Positions 45,443 through 55,560 of a stretch of DNA of 64,000 bases are shown here, one piece after another. The stretch is from Minisyncoccota bacterium. GTDB lineage: Bacteria > Patescibacteriota > Minisyncoccia > Phycocordibacterales > UBA918. The notes below the pieces were generated by a model, which was given only the letters and a program-made list of their open reading frames with translations, ran no database searches and was not told where the DNA came from. The position numbers were made by a program, and so were the translations under genes. Positions within the stretch are counted from its first letter, which is position 1. Each line of letters opens with the position of its first letter. The stretch is taken from contig JBDNIW010000005.1 of assembly GCA_041688155.1 (NCBI GenBank), forward strand, positions 1 to 64,000, written 5' to 3'.

Positions 45443-47276
45443 GATGTCCATACTAAGAATCAGGAGTTTCAACACCGAGGCGTGGCAAAGTTTCGTTGAG
45501 TCAATCAACACCCTTAAGTGGATTTGGAGTGACTTACTCCCAAACCGCGCTCGGTTCCACACTAAAATTGCGATGGGGCTGATGCTGATTGGCATGCTGT
45601 TCACCATGCAAGTGGTGAACGCACTCAACCAAACAGTAACTGCACTGAGTGAAAACAACCAAGCAGGCGTACTAGCTGGTCTAACCGGCATAGCCGCCTT
45701 TTGGGTAATCTCTAGAGTGATCTTGGGTTGGCAGAATGTCCACCGGGAGTTGGGTTGGAACTTGGGAGCTCGCTATACGCCAGTCAGGCTCAGCGAGCTG
45801 CAGTTCCGCAAAACCCACGGTGAGTTGCGCAGCGCCAAAGACGGCGTTAGCGCCGAGCAGATCGAGATTGTCAAAGACAAGTCCGGCAACATTATGTACG
45901 CCGTACAGTTTGATGGTAGCGAGACATTCGCTATTCTCCTGAGCTCAATGGTGTTTGTCACCATGTACGACCTGGTAGCTGGTCTTTTGATGATCGTGCT
46001 TATGCTCATCAACAGTATTGTCTTTTTGTTTGCGAACCATCACTTTAGTGGTCGCCTTAAACAAATTGACGAGGATTGGCGTAAAGCACAATCATGGACC
46101 AGTGAACGCTGGAATCAATTCAGCTTGGTCAAAGTAACGGGCACAGAAGAGTTTGTGAAAGCCACTATGAATGTCATGTTTGGCAAAGCGCTTGATCCTG
46201 ACTTTCGGGTTTGGGGGATAGACTTCCAGATTGTCGATCTGATTCGATCACTCTTCAATATTCTGTTTGTCTGGGGTGTACTGTGTTACGGCGCACTCTA
46301 TGGTAACTGGGATATTGGACTGTTTCCAGCCATGTATTTGTGGCTGAACTACATCAAAGACCAGCTGTGGCGGATTGGATCACTGCAGCGTCACTTGATT
46401 GAAAACACTGAGCGCGTTCGCGCGATCAGGGTGCCACTCACCAAAAAATCAAACTTCAACCACAACGAAGGAATAGAATACGTACCAACTGATGGGAGTA
46501 TGCACTATGAGCTACGCGGTGTCTCACACCGCTTTGGCAACGGGGCCTGGGCCCTGCGCAACGTCAACCTCATCATCAACACTGGTGATCGGGTGGCGTT
46601 GATTGGTGAAAGTGGTGCTGGTAAATCGACTATCAAGTCGCTACTCCAGCGCGACTTTGACCCCACGCAAGGGGTGGTGCTCCTCGACGGTCGAGACATC
46701 CGTGACTACTCACTGAGCAGTATCAAACGGTATCAAGGCTCAATCGAGCAAGACTCACCAACCATGAGTGGTACCGTGCGAGACAACTTACTGTTTGGAC
46801 TGACAGCACAATCAAGAGCAGCGACCACAGACGATGAACTCGTCAACGTGCTGTGCAGCATTAGCGAGGGGTTCTGGGAACGTTTACAACGTGAAAGTGG
46901 ACTTGATTCGGACGTCGGCAAAGACGGCTTGGAACTGTCAGGGGGTGAGCGGCAACGACTATCGATTGCGCGCGCACTACTCAAACAGCCCTTGTCAATC
47001 TTTATCGATGAAGCAACGTCTGCCCTTGATCCCAAAACTGAGACTGAGGTACAGACCGGGATTGATCGAGTACTCTCATCGGGGGTTACGGCGGTGACTA
47101 TCGCACATAAGTTTTCTACCTTAAAACAATGTACCAAATTTGTGTGTCTCAAGGTGGTTAGTGAATGCGCAAAAGGTGAATCTCAAATTGACGCGCAAGC
47201 GGACACGTTTGAGGAACTCTACGAACAGTCACCCACCTTCCGTGGTCTCTACGACGAGCAACGGATGGCGTTCTAA
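45443..47276 (+). CDS. ABC transporter, fused permease/ATPase exporter type
   Basis: Six-TM domain plus Walker A GESGAGKST, signature LSGGERQRLSIARAL and Walker B IFIDEATSALD. The start MSILRIR is preceded by the GGAGG RBS. The track ORF begins 104 nt earlier and would run through a hairpin. Confidence 0.7.
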
Positions 47277-47341
47277 AAAGCAGTTGGGCGGCAAAGCCGC
47301 CCAACTGCACAAAAATAACAAAACAAGCATTGGAGAAATGA

Positions 47342-47923
47342 ATGACTGAAGCAATACCGTACCAAGGAGTGGTATGGCGGCGTGGGAAGAAAACCCTGCT
47401 CTGTCCAGTAGAGGAATCTGACCTGCCACACTTTCAGGAAATGGTAAACGACGAGAAGGTACAAAAATTCATCATCGTCGATTGGCCACTGTCTGAAGTA
47501 GGTCAACGAGCTTGGTTTGAGCGAGTCAGCAAACCTGACCCGCAGAACATCACCGTTGCCATTCGCACCCACGCAGGTGATCTGATTGGCAACATGGCGA
47601 TTCACTTCGATGAAAAGAAACGTATCGCCAAGACTGGTTCGCTCATTGGGCACGGAGACTACCGTGGCAAAGGCTACGGCACCGACGCCAAGATGACCTT
47701 GCTCAATTACGCGTTTAATTGGCGTGACATGCGTAAGGTAGTCTCGCCGATTATCGGCTACAACGTGCGTAGTCGGAAATACGCCAAAAAGTGTGGTTAC
47801 CGATTTACCGCCCGGATTCCTAGTGAACATTATCGCTTTGGAAAGTGGCGGAGCGAAGTACTGTACACCTGCTTCAAAGAAGAGTGGCAACCACTGTGGG
47901 AAACGTACCAAAAAGATCTTTGA
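47342..47923 (+). CDS. GNAT-family N-acetyltransferase (RimJ/RimL-like)
   Basis: Motif A HGDYRGKGYGTDA. A terminator follows at 47933-47965. Confidence 0.65.
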   Translation: MTEAIPYQGVVWRRGKKTLLCPVEESDLPHFQEMVNDEKVQKFIIVDWPLSEVGQRAWFERVSKPDPQNITVAIRTHAGDLIGNMAIHFDEKKRIAKTGSLIGHGDYRGKGYGTDAKMTLLNYAFNWRDMRKVVSPIIGYNVRSRKYAKKCGYRFTARIPSEHYRFGKWRSEVLYTCFKEEWQPLWETYQKDL

Positions 47924-47976
47924 AGACAACCAAAAGCCCGGCTTACGCGCCGGGCTTTTTTCCTGTCTGGTTATAA

Positions 47977-48237
47977 CTAGCCGTACAGCTCACTATGACT
48001 GCCAATTTTTATAAATAAGGCTGTTTCTCCATCTAGTAACTGATAAATCATTCGCATGTCTCCGGTGGCGTTAATGCTGTAATAGTTCGCGTATGTTCCG
48101 CGTAAACCATGATTATTTAAAATCGGATCAGTCGGATTGACTGCAAATAACTGGAGGCGAGCTTTAGCTTTTGATTTGGTAGTGGCAGGGAGTTTTTTAT
48201 ATTGTTTCTCGAACTGACGATGTACATGGACAATCAT
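47977..48237 (-). CDS. RelE/ParE-family toxin
   Basis: About 86 aa, RelE/YafQ-like (IYQL.DGE.ALFIKIGSHSELY). Its start overlaps the antitoxin stop. Confidence 0.6.
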   Translation of the reverse strand: MIVHVHRQFEKQYKKLPATTKSKAKARLQLFAVNPTDPILNNHGLRGTYANYYSINATGDMRMIYQLLDGETALFIKIGSHSELYG

Positions 48238-48509
48238 AAACTATCGAGATAATCACCAATTTCCTTTGGGTCAGATAATGCTGGCGACATATTTTTGCCA
48301 GTTTTTATATCTACCTCAACTTCAGCGATAATCCGCTCAAGTGCCGGAGTCATGGTCGGCACCGCCGAAAATGAAATACTCCGCGTCCGGATAAACTCCT
48401 TGAGAAAAGCATTGATCACCCCCGACAAGGGCAGTCCCAACGCACGCGCAATTTCTTGCGCCGATTCTTTCACCTCTTTATCAGCCTTAATATTAATCAT
48501 GGTTTTCAT
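48234..48509 (-). CDS. RelB/DinJ-family (RHH) antitoxin
   Basis: MKTMINIKADKEVKESAQEIARALGLPLSGVINAFLKEF matches DinJ/RelB. Confidence 0.6.
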   Translation of the reverse strand: MKTMINIKADKEVKESAQEIARALGLPLSGVINAFLKEFIRTRSISFSAVPTMTPALERIIAEVEVDIKTGKNMSPALSDPKEIGDYLDSL

Positions 48510-48627
48510 AAGTCTATTGTATATATAACAGACTTATTGTCAACCATGAACCTGGCATTGATATAAACTGTTGGACATCCAGTGTCCAACAGTTGGGATT
48601 GTTTTTATATTTTGATAAAATAATGAT

Positions 48628-49131
48628 ATGCCTCCCATCCCACTGCTTACAAAATTACAACTACTCGAAGGAAATGCAACTGCCCTTGATGTTGGAACTA
48701 AGGACGGCAAAATTGCGCAACAGTTAGCCCAACTTGGCTTCAGGGTTGATGCAATTGATGTTGAATCACTGACGGAAGAAATACATGGCATTAATTTTGA
48801 ACAAGTTTCGTTGGAAACTTTTTTAGAGAAAAATACGAAACGGTACGATATCGTTATTGCCCGACACGTTCTACCGTTTACTAGTGATCCACTGACACTA
48901 ATTACAAAACTAAACACTATTTCCAACATCTTTGTCTTTACTTGTTTTGGACCGACAGACGACTGGAAAGATGAGGATCATATCATCACACTGACCAAAG
49001 ATGAGCTGTACGATTTATTTGCACCAAATACAATCAAACATTATTCGGAAACATTTGAAGAAACAAAAACCTATAAAGGAGACAGCAAATTCTGGCACTA
49101 TCATACGTTTGTAACTGATAACCGAGCGTGA
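48628..49131 (+). CDS. Methyltransferase-like protein (degenerate class I SAM fold, AT-rich)
   Basis: ALDVGTKDGKIAQQLAQLGFRVDAIDV resembles motif I and post-I. Confidence 0.4.
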   Translation: MPPIPLLTKLQLLEGNATALDVGTKDGKIAQQLAQLGFRVDAIDVESLTEEIHGINFEQVSLETFLEKNTKRYDIVIARHVLPFTSDPLTLITKLNTISNIFVFTCFGPTDDWKDEDHIITLTKDELYDLFAPNTIKHYSETFEETKTYKGDSKFWHYHTFVTDNRA

Positions 49132-49159
49132 TTTCCGCTCAAAATCTGGCCGTGCTATC

Positions 49160-52100
49160 ATGGCACACATTATGACTGACACTCCCAACCAACCATACAC
49201 CGAAGGACTAAACGAACCGCAGCGCCAGGCGGTGTTACACACTGAGGGACCGCTGATGGTGTTGGCTGGGGCGGGGTCTGGCAAGACTCGAGTGATCACC
49301 CACCGGATTGTGCATCTCATCCATCAAGGGATTGCGCCGCACAATATCCTGGCGATGACATTTACCAACAAATCAGCTGGTGAAATGCGGGAGCGGGCGA
49401 TTGCTTTGACCAAAAAATACCCCCCTTCTGATCGAGCGGTCATAGACAGTATGCCAGTGGTTACTACTTTCCACGCGTTGGGGGTCCGGTTACTGCGCGA
49501 GTTCCACGAAGCGGTTGGGTTGCGTCGGCACTTCACCATCTATGATCGCAGCGACAGTCAAAAAGCAGTGAAACAGGGAATCGAGCAAGCCGGATATAAC
49601 CCCAAAGAATTTGAACCACGCAAAATCCTGTCGATGATCAGCCGGGCCAAGGGTGACGCGATAACACGTTTGGCATACAGCGACGCAGCTTCATCGTTTC
49701 TCGAAGAAGTGGTGGCCCAGGTGTGGGAGAAATACGAAGACATCCTGCACAAAGAACAGTCGCTTGATTTTGATGACCTCTTGGTCAAGATGTTGCGGAT
49801 GCTCGAGGATAATAAAACCATTCAGGAACGACTCCAACAACGCTACCAGTACATCCACATCGACGAGTACCAAGACACCAACAAAGTCCAGTTCCGGATT
49901 GCTGAACTACTCGCCGGTGACGCCCACAATATATGTGTAGTAGGGGACATCGACCAGTGCTTGGTAGGTGACACACTGGTGACAATGAGCGACAGCAGCC
50001 AGAAACCAATTAAACAAGTAAAGTTAGGCGAACAGGTATTATCAAACTACGGCAGCGGTGATTACCGGCCAGCCGCAGTTACCAAAGTGCACACTAATAC
50101 TCCCAAGACCGATTTGGTCACCATCAAAACAGAAGCGGGACGCACTCTCACCTGCACTCCGCACCACTTACATTTTGCCGGGTATCGACTGGACATTTCA
50201 CCTCAACTGCATTATGTGTACCTGATGCGCAGAGACGGTATCGGGTACAGACTAGGCACGTCGTCGGTCTACACCAAAGGCCAAGTCAAACCAATACTTG
50301 GGTTTGTCCAGCGACTGAACCAAGAACATGGCGACGCAATCTGGGTGCTTGCAACCTACAATACCGTCAACCGAGCCCGCGCAGCAGAATACGAACTATC
50401 CCTGCGCTACCAGATTCCGACCATTCCATTTGTCGCCAGGAAAGGTGTCAGTACTGGCGGCTACGTGCACGATCAGATTGCTCTTGATAAGATTTTTGCA
50501 CAGTTTGACACGGCTGCTAGCGCCACCAAACTACTCAAATCATTTCACTTGCAAACTACCTACCCACATCATCGACCACAAGTAAGCAAAAGCAATCGAC
50601 AAAACATCCTCGTCACGCTGTGCGGAGACCATCGTGGAGCCACGCCAATGCACCGGATTAGTGTCGCTGGTAGTTCACCCCACACCAAACAAATTTTAGA
50701 GCAAGCTGGGTATTCCATTAGATCAGCCAAGATCGGTTCAAAGAGTTGGCGCTATGAAACCTGCGATCAGTCGTATCAGAAAATCTGCACAGTCGTCAAA
50801 CAATTACAAACCTTGCTGCCAGACGCGATTGTAATCGAGCAAGGAAGACTAGGGACTCAAACAGATGTCCGTAATAAAAACTCGCTCCCAGTACTGCCAG
50901 CTGCATCAGTCCGGCCAGGGATGGTTATGTTTGCAGCAGACGGTACGTACGACATCGTCACAACCGTGACCCACGACACCAAAACACAACCAGTATTTGA
51001 TCTCACTATCACCCCAACCCACAACTTTATCGCTAACGGAATTGTGACCCACAACTCTATCTATAGTTGGCGAGGGGCAGACATCAAAAACGTTCTACAG
51101 TTCGAACGCCACTTCCCGAACTCGACCACCATCCTACTCGAAGAAAATTACCGCAGTACCCAGACCATCATCGCGGCGAGTAACGACATCATCAAGAAAA
51201 ATAAAAACCGGGTAGAGAAAAATGTATTCACTAATAATACGCAGGGCGACAAAATCACGTTGTACGCTGGCATGACCGGGTACGACGAAGCGGAGTATGT
51301 CGCACTCACTGCCAAGTCACTCATTGCAGACGGCACCGAGCCGTCGTCAATCGCAGTATTGTATCGAACCAACTTTCAATCCCGCGCTCTCGAGGAAGCG
51401 TTTCTTAATTTTGAAGTACCGTACCAGCTGCTCGGGACGAAGTTCTTTGAACGGCGCGAAGTCAAAGATGTACTGTCGTACCTACGCCTGGCCCTGAACC
51501 CAGGCAGTAACGCCGACCTCTCTCGCGTAATCAACAACCCTACCCGCGGAATCGGCAAAGTCACCATGCTCAAAGTCATCGCGGGCGACCGGGCCAGTCT
51601 GAACGCCGGAGCAATTGCCAAAGTGCAAAAGTTCGACAACATCATGATGGACATCGCGAAGGCAGCCACTGAGAAAAAACTGTCTGACACGATCAAGTTC
51701 ATCATGAAGCGATCCGGGCTAGAGGAGCAGTTCATCGAAGAGGGGACCGAGGAAGCTATGGAACGGATTGAAAACCTCCGCGAATTGGTAACACTCGCCA
51801 GTCGGTTTGACACAGTCGACCCGAACGAAGCCATCGAACAGCTACTAGAGACCGCCGCCCTCCAGAGCGACCAAGACGAAATAAAAGACAAAGAGGAACT
51901 CAACGCTGTGCGACTGATGACCATCCACGCCGCCAAGGGTCTAGAGTTCGCGTACGTATTTGTCACTGGTTTAGAGGAAGGATTGTTTCCACACGAACGA
52001 ATTGATGACGGCAAGACCGACAACGAAGAAGAGCGTCGATTATTCTACGTCGCCCTCACTCGAGCGGAGAAAAAAATCTACCTCACCTACGCCCACATAC

Positions 52101-52243
52101 GAACAATTTTTGGTCAGCAAAAAGTAAACCTACCGTCATCGTTTATCAATGACATCAGCAAAGATCACGTCGAGGCTGCTGACCCATTTGGCCGGGGAAG
52201 TAGTACTAGTAGCGGCTATGAGACGACGGTGTATCTAGATTAA
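49160..52243 (+). CDS. uvrD: UvrD/PcrA-family DNA helicase interrupted by an in-frame intein
   Basis: Helicase motifs I GAGSGKT, II DEYQDT and Q. The conserved VVGDIDQ|SIYSWRGA motif is split by a 366-aa insertion that begins CLVGDTLV and ends IVTHN, followed by S. Confidence 0.85.
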   Translation: MAHIMTDTPNQPYTEGLNEPQRQAVLHTEGPLMVLAGAGSGKTRVITHRIVHLIHQGIAPHNILAMTFTNKSAGEMRERAIALTKKYPPSDRAVIDSMPVVTTFHALGVRLLREFHEAVGLRRHFTIYDRSDSQKAVKQGIEQAGYNPKEFEPRKILSMISRAKGDAITRLAYSDAASSFLEEVVAQVWEKYEDILHKEQSLDFDDLLVKMLRMLEDNKTIQERLQQRYQYIHIDEYQDTNKVQFRIAELLAGDAHNICVVGDIDQCLVGDTLVTMSDSSQKPIKQVKLGEQVLSNYGSGDYRPAAVTKVHTNTPKTDLVTIKTEAGRTLTCTPHHLHFAGYRLDISPQLHYVYLMRRDGIGYRLGTSSVYTKGQVKPILGFVQRLNQEHGDAIWVLATYNTVNRARAAEYELSLRYQIPTIPFVARKGVSTGGYVHDQIALDKIFAQFDTAASATKLLKSFHLQTTYPHHRPQVSKSNRQNILVTLCGDHRGATPMHRISVAGSSPHTKQILEQAGYSIRSAKIGSKSWRYETCDQSYQKICTVVKQLQTLLPDAIVIEQGRLGTQTDVRNKNSLPVLPAASVRPGMVMFAADGTYDIVTTVTHDTKTQPVFDLTITPTHNFIANGIVTHNSIYSWRGADIKNVLQFERHFPNSTTILLEENYRSTQTIIAASNDIIKKNKNRVEKNVFTNNTQGDKITLYAGMTGYDEAEYVALTAKSLIADGTEPSSIAVLYRTNFQSRALEEAFLNFEVPYQLLGTKFFERREVKDVLSYLRLALNPGSNADLSRVINNPTRGIGKVTMLKVIAGDRASLNAGAIAKVQKFDNIMMDIAKAATEKKLSDTIKFIMKRSGLEEQFIEEGTEEAMERIENLRELVTLASRFDTVDPNEAIEQLLETAALQSDQDEIKDKEELNAVRLMTIHAAKGLEFAYVFVTGLEEGLFPHERIDDGKTDNEEERRLFYVALTRAEKKIYLTYAHIRTIFGQQKVNLPSSFINDISKDHVEAADPFGRGSSTSSGYETTVYLD
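49958..51055 (+). other. Intein (366 aa) within the uvrD helicase motif III region
   Basis: Starts with Cys (CLVGDTLVT, block A) and ends with HN followed by the extein Ser (block G). Its size suggests an embedded homing-endonuclease domain. Confidence 0.7.
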
Positions 52244-52322
52244 ACGAATCCCTGTTACGTCACTGACTGAGTTTGACTTTCTATGGGTTTGACTTCAAAC
52301 TATTTCAACGTAATCTAGCATT

Positions 52323-53123
52323 ATGAGTTTCCAGCATAAAAAATCCCTTGGCCAACACTTTCTCAACAGCGATTTTGTGCCGAAAAAAATGTGTAACGCG
52401 GCCAACCTACAAACCGGGGAGACGGTATTAGAAATCGGGCCTGGTACCGGAATATTGACCGCGGAAATTTTGAGACGAGGGGCAAATGTTATCGCCATTG
52501 AAGCCGACACCCGGGCGATTACAGAACTAGAAGAAACGTTTGTAGCCGAGATTACGGCCGGACAACTCACCATCCACCATCACGATGCGCGTCAGCTTGA
52601 TCTCGCGCAGTTTGGTTTGGTCGACCAACAGTTCAAAATCGTTGCTAATATTCCCTACTATATTTCTGGACTGCTGTTCCGGCTCTGTCTCGAGTCAGCC
52701 ATCCAGCCGACGACACTCGTGTTCCTGGTCCAAAAAGAAGTGGCGTTGCGCATCGCCCGCGACCCAAAAGAATCCATCTTATCCCAATCGGTCAAAATCT
52801 ACGGCGACCCAACCTATATCGATACCATCAAGCGTGGACATTTTACCCCGTCACCAGCGGTTGATTCCGCCATCGTTGCCATCTATGACATCAACAAAAC
52901 GCGGTTGCAAAATATTGCTGAAACGCTATTTTTTGACATCATCCATGCCGCCTTTGGACAAAAACGCAAGCAGCTCGCCGGCAATCTTTCAAAGCAGTAC
53001 GACAAGCAGTACGTGATTGATTGTCTAACCAAACTTGGACTATCACCCCAAAGCCGAGCTGAAGACCTCTCCACCAGTGATTTTGTGAACTTGATCACGC
53101 TTTTGGGAGAAAAACGGGACTAA
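52323..53123 (+). CDS. rsmA: 16S rRNA (adenine1518/1519-N6)-dimethyltransferase
   Basis: LGQHFL...VLEIGPGTG...NIPYYIS, KsgA family. Confidence 0.85.
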   Translation: MSFQHKKSLGQHFLNSDFVPKKMCNAANLQTGETVLEIGPGTGILTAEILRRGANVIAIEADTRAITELEETFVAEITAGQLTIHHHDARQLDLAQFGLVDQQFKIVANIPYYISGLLFRLCLESAIQPTTLVFLVQKEVALRIARDPKESILSQSVKIYGDPTYIDTIKRGHFTPSPAVDSAIVAIYDINKTRLQNIAETLFFDIIHAAFGQKRKQLAGNLSKQYDKQYVIDCLTKLGLSPQSRAEDLSTSDFVNLITLLGEKRD

Positions 53124-53195
53124 TTCTCCCCAGAAAGCCACATATACAGGTAGTAACTACCGACTGGCTGCTGGCTGGCTGCTATACTAAACGGT

Positions 53196-54089
53196 ATGGA
53201 ATGGAATTTACATCCGCGGATTATCGGCGCTTGTCTGGTCGGATTTGCTTTAGTAGCCGGGGCCTATGTGCTCAGTACGTTTGGTGAGTCCAACTTTCGC
53301 AGTCAGCCAGCGGCGGTAGCAGTTGCGGCCGCACCGCGGGTGGCAATTGCAGTTACTGACAACGATAACAACGGCATTGAGGACTGGCGGGACGAATTTA
53401 TTACAACCAAACCAATCATCCTTGATCCCATTGATTCAACCTACGAACCACCAACTACGCTGACTGGACAATTGGGGATTGATTTTTTTGAAAGCTATAT
53501 CCGATCAAAAAGTGCTGGTCCGTTTGGAAGTAGTCGAGAGGAAGTAGTCGAACGAGCAGTCGAAACCATGAGTGTCCAAGCAGTGTATACCCTATATGAC
53601 ACACCTGATATTACTATCATGACTACCTGGGACAACGATGACATTTTGACATACGCTAATACCGTTGCCCTGGTTATCACTAACAATAACATTGCTGATA
53701 GTCGTGGCGAGATTGCTATTTTGTCCGATGCGCTCAGTCAAGTAGAACCCGATATTGAAAACATTGAGCAACTAGCAGAAATTGCCGCGGCGTATCAAAA
53801 CATGCGTGACCAAACGCTCGCTATCCCAGTCCCAGCGTTTGCTGCCAAACAACACCTCGATTTGATCAACACCTATCACGCTCTCTACGAAAGCATAACC
53901 GCGATGGCGATATCGATTGAAGACCCAGCCTTTGCATTGATTCGTATCAAACGCTACCAGGATGATGCCACTGGACTGCAGATTGCGTTGCAGAATATGT
54001 ACGATACATTCGAACCGTACGCGTCGTTGCTTGGACCAGACGACCCGGCATTATTATTCGTTCTCTTTAGTCCGGAGTTTAACTCTTAA
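53196..54089 (+). CDS. Hypothetical membrane-anchored protein (first gene of the T4SS-like cluster)
   Basis: N-terminal TM; no recognisable domains. Confidence 0.35.
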   Translation: MEWNLHPRIIGACLVGFALVAGAYVLSTFGESNFRSQPAAVAVAAAPRVAIAVTDNDNNGIEDWRDEFITTKPIILDPIDSTYEPPTTLTGQLGIDFFESYIRSKSAGPFGSSREEVVERAVETMSVQAVYTLYDTPDITIMTTWDNDDILTYANTVALVITNNNIADSRGEIAILSDALSQVEPDIENIEQLAEIAAAYQNMRDQTLAIPVPAFAAKQHLDLINTYHALYESITAMAISIEDPAFALIRIKRYQDDATGLQIALQNMYDTFEPYASLLGPDDPALLFVLFSPEFNS

Positions 54090-54094
54090 TTAAT

Positions 54095-55555
54095 ATGGAT
54101 ACTTTTTTTCTTGGTTTAAAAAAACTGCTCGTCACGACGATGTTCGTAGTGTTTGCCTTTGTCATGATCTATGTGCCACAAGCACCTACCAGTAACGTTG
54201 CCGAGGTTAACGCTGGCGGATTTGGGGGTATCGTATTTGACCCAACTAACACCGCTCAAAACCTCAACACAACTATCCAAAGTACTATAAGTGCTGCCGC
54301 TAACACTTTGAACTGGACCAAAGAGAATGTTCTCGACGGGATTGGCTGGGCACTCGCCAAACGAGTGGTCTCTGGCATGGTCAGTAGTCTGATCGACTGG
54401 GTGAACTCGGGGTTCCAGGGTCGACCGGCGTTCATCACTGACCTCGGTGGGTTTTTGCGTAACATAGTTGATGAGGAACTCGGGCGAGTCATCAGCGAGC
54501 TCGGGGCCGTGGGGTCGTTTATTTGTTCGCCGTTTCGACTCGACGTGCAGGTATCGATTGCTACCCAGTATGCGCAGTTTGACGCCGACGGTCGTGAGCA
54601 ATCCGCCCCAACTTGTACCCTCACTGGCGTCATTGACAACATCCAGGGATTCATATCAGGCATTGATCCGGGTCGTGGGTTAGCAGACTGGTTGACCATC
54701 ACCGCAACACCAGAAACCTACACCCCATATGGTGCACTCCTGAGTGCCCAAGCAACCGCGCGGGCCCGACTAATCAACGCCGAGGGCACCACCCTGACTG
54801 AGCTTAACTGGGGATCAGGGTTCTTATCACAGAGCGTCTGCCAGGCTATCGAAGGCACCAGCGGCGCCCAGGACTGTTCCATCGTCACCCCCGGTGCCAT
54901 CATCCAAGACGCCCTGACCCTCAACCTCGACTCTGGTCGCCAGGTGCTGGTTCAAGCTGATGAGATCAACGAACTTATTGGTGCCCTACTTGGACAGCTG
55001 GCTAACAAAGCCATCACTGGTATTAATGGACTGCTCGGACTATCAAGTGGTACCGGGTTTACCTACACTGACTACGGCGCCGGGTCGTTCCTTGACGCCT
55101 TAAGAGCAGAAGCTGACGTCACCGTAGCCAGCTCAACCGGGGACGGATCTAGTCTTATGACTGACACCCTCCGAGCCGAACGCAACTCCCGATCAACCAA
55201 CATTCACCTGCTGGACAAACTCGCTGCGTTTATCGTCGACCCACGCAACGCCACCGGATCGCGTGAGATAGCCACCATCCTCAACGAAGAGATATTTGTT
55301 GAGGTACAAAGAAGCAACAACATCATCATCGCGTTGACCCAGTACGTAGCTGAGTTCGACACCGCCAGTACCAGCCGACAAGTCGAAATATTTGTCGAGT
55401 ACAGTAACCTCGACATCACGAGCGAAATCCGCAAAGCCCAAAACATTGCCGATTGGCAATCCCAGATGAGCCTACTAGGGATTGACCCAACCGACAGACG
55501 AGGCTTAGAAGAAATCATCAAAAGCCAAAACGCAGCTACCACTACCACCCCCTAA
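54095..55555 (+). CDS. Hypothetical secreted/membrane protein (T4SS-associated?)
   Basis: N-terminal TM and a large extracytoplasmic region; separated by 3 nt from the preceding gene. Confidence 0.35.
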   Translation: MDTFFLGLKKLLVTTMFVVFAFVMIYVPQAPTSNVAEVNAGGFGGIVFDPTNTAQNLNTTIQSTISAAANTLNWTKENVLDGIGWALAKRVVSGMVSSLIDWVNSGFQGRPAFITDLGGFLRNIVDEELGRVISELGAVGSFICSPFRLDVQVSIATQYAQFDADGREQSAPTCTLTGVIDNIQGFISGIDPGRGLADWLTITATPETYTPYGALLSAQATARARLINAEGTTLTELNWGSGFLSQSVCQAIEGTSGAQDCSIVTPGAIIQDALTLNLDSGRQVLVQADEINELIGALLGQLANKAITGINGLLGLSSGTGFTYTDYGAGSFLDALRAEADVTVASSTGDGSSLMTDTLRAERNSRSTNIHLLDKLAAFIVDPRNATGSREIATILNEEIFVEVQRSNNIIIALTQYVAEFDTASTSRQVEIFVEYSNLDITSEIRKAQNIADWQSQMSLLGIDPTDRRGLEEIIKSQNAATTTTP

Positions 55556-55560
55556 TCCCC

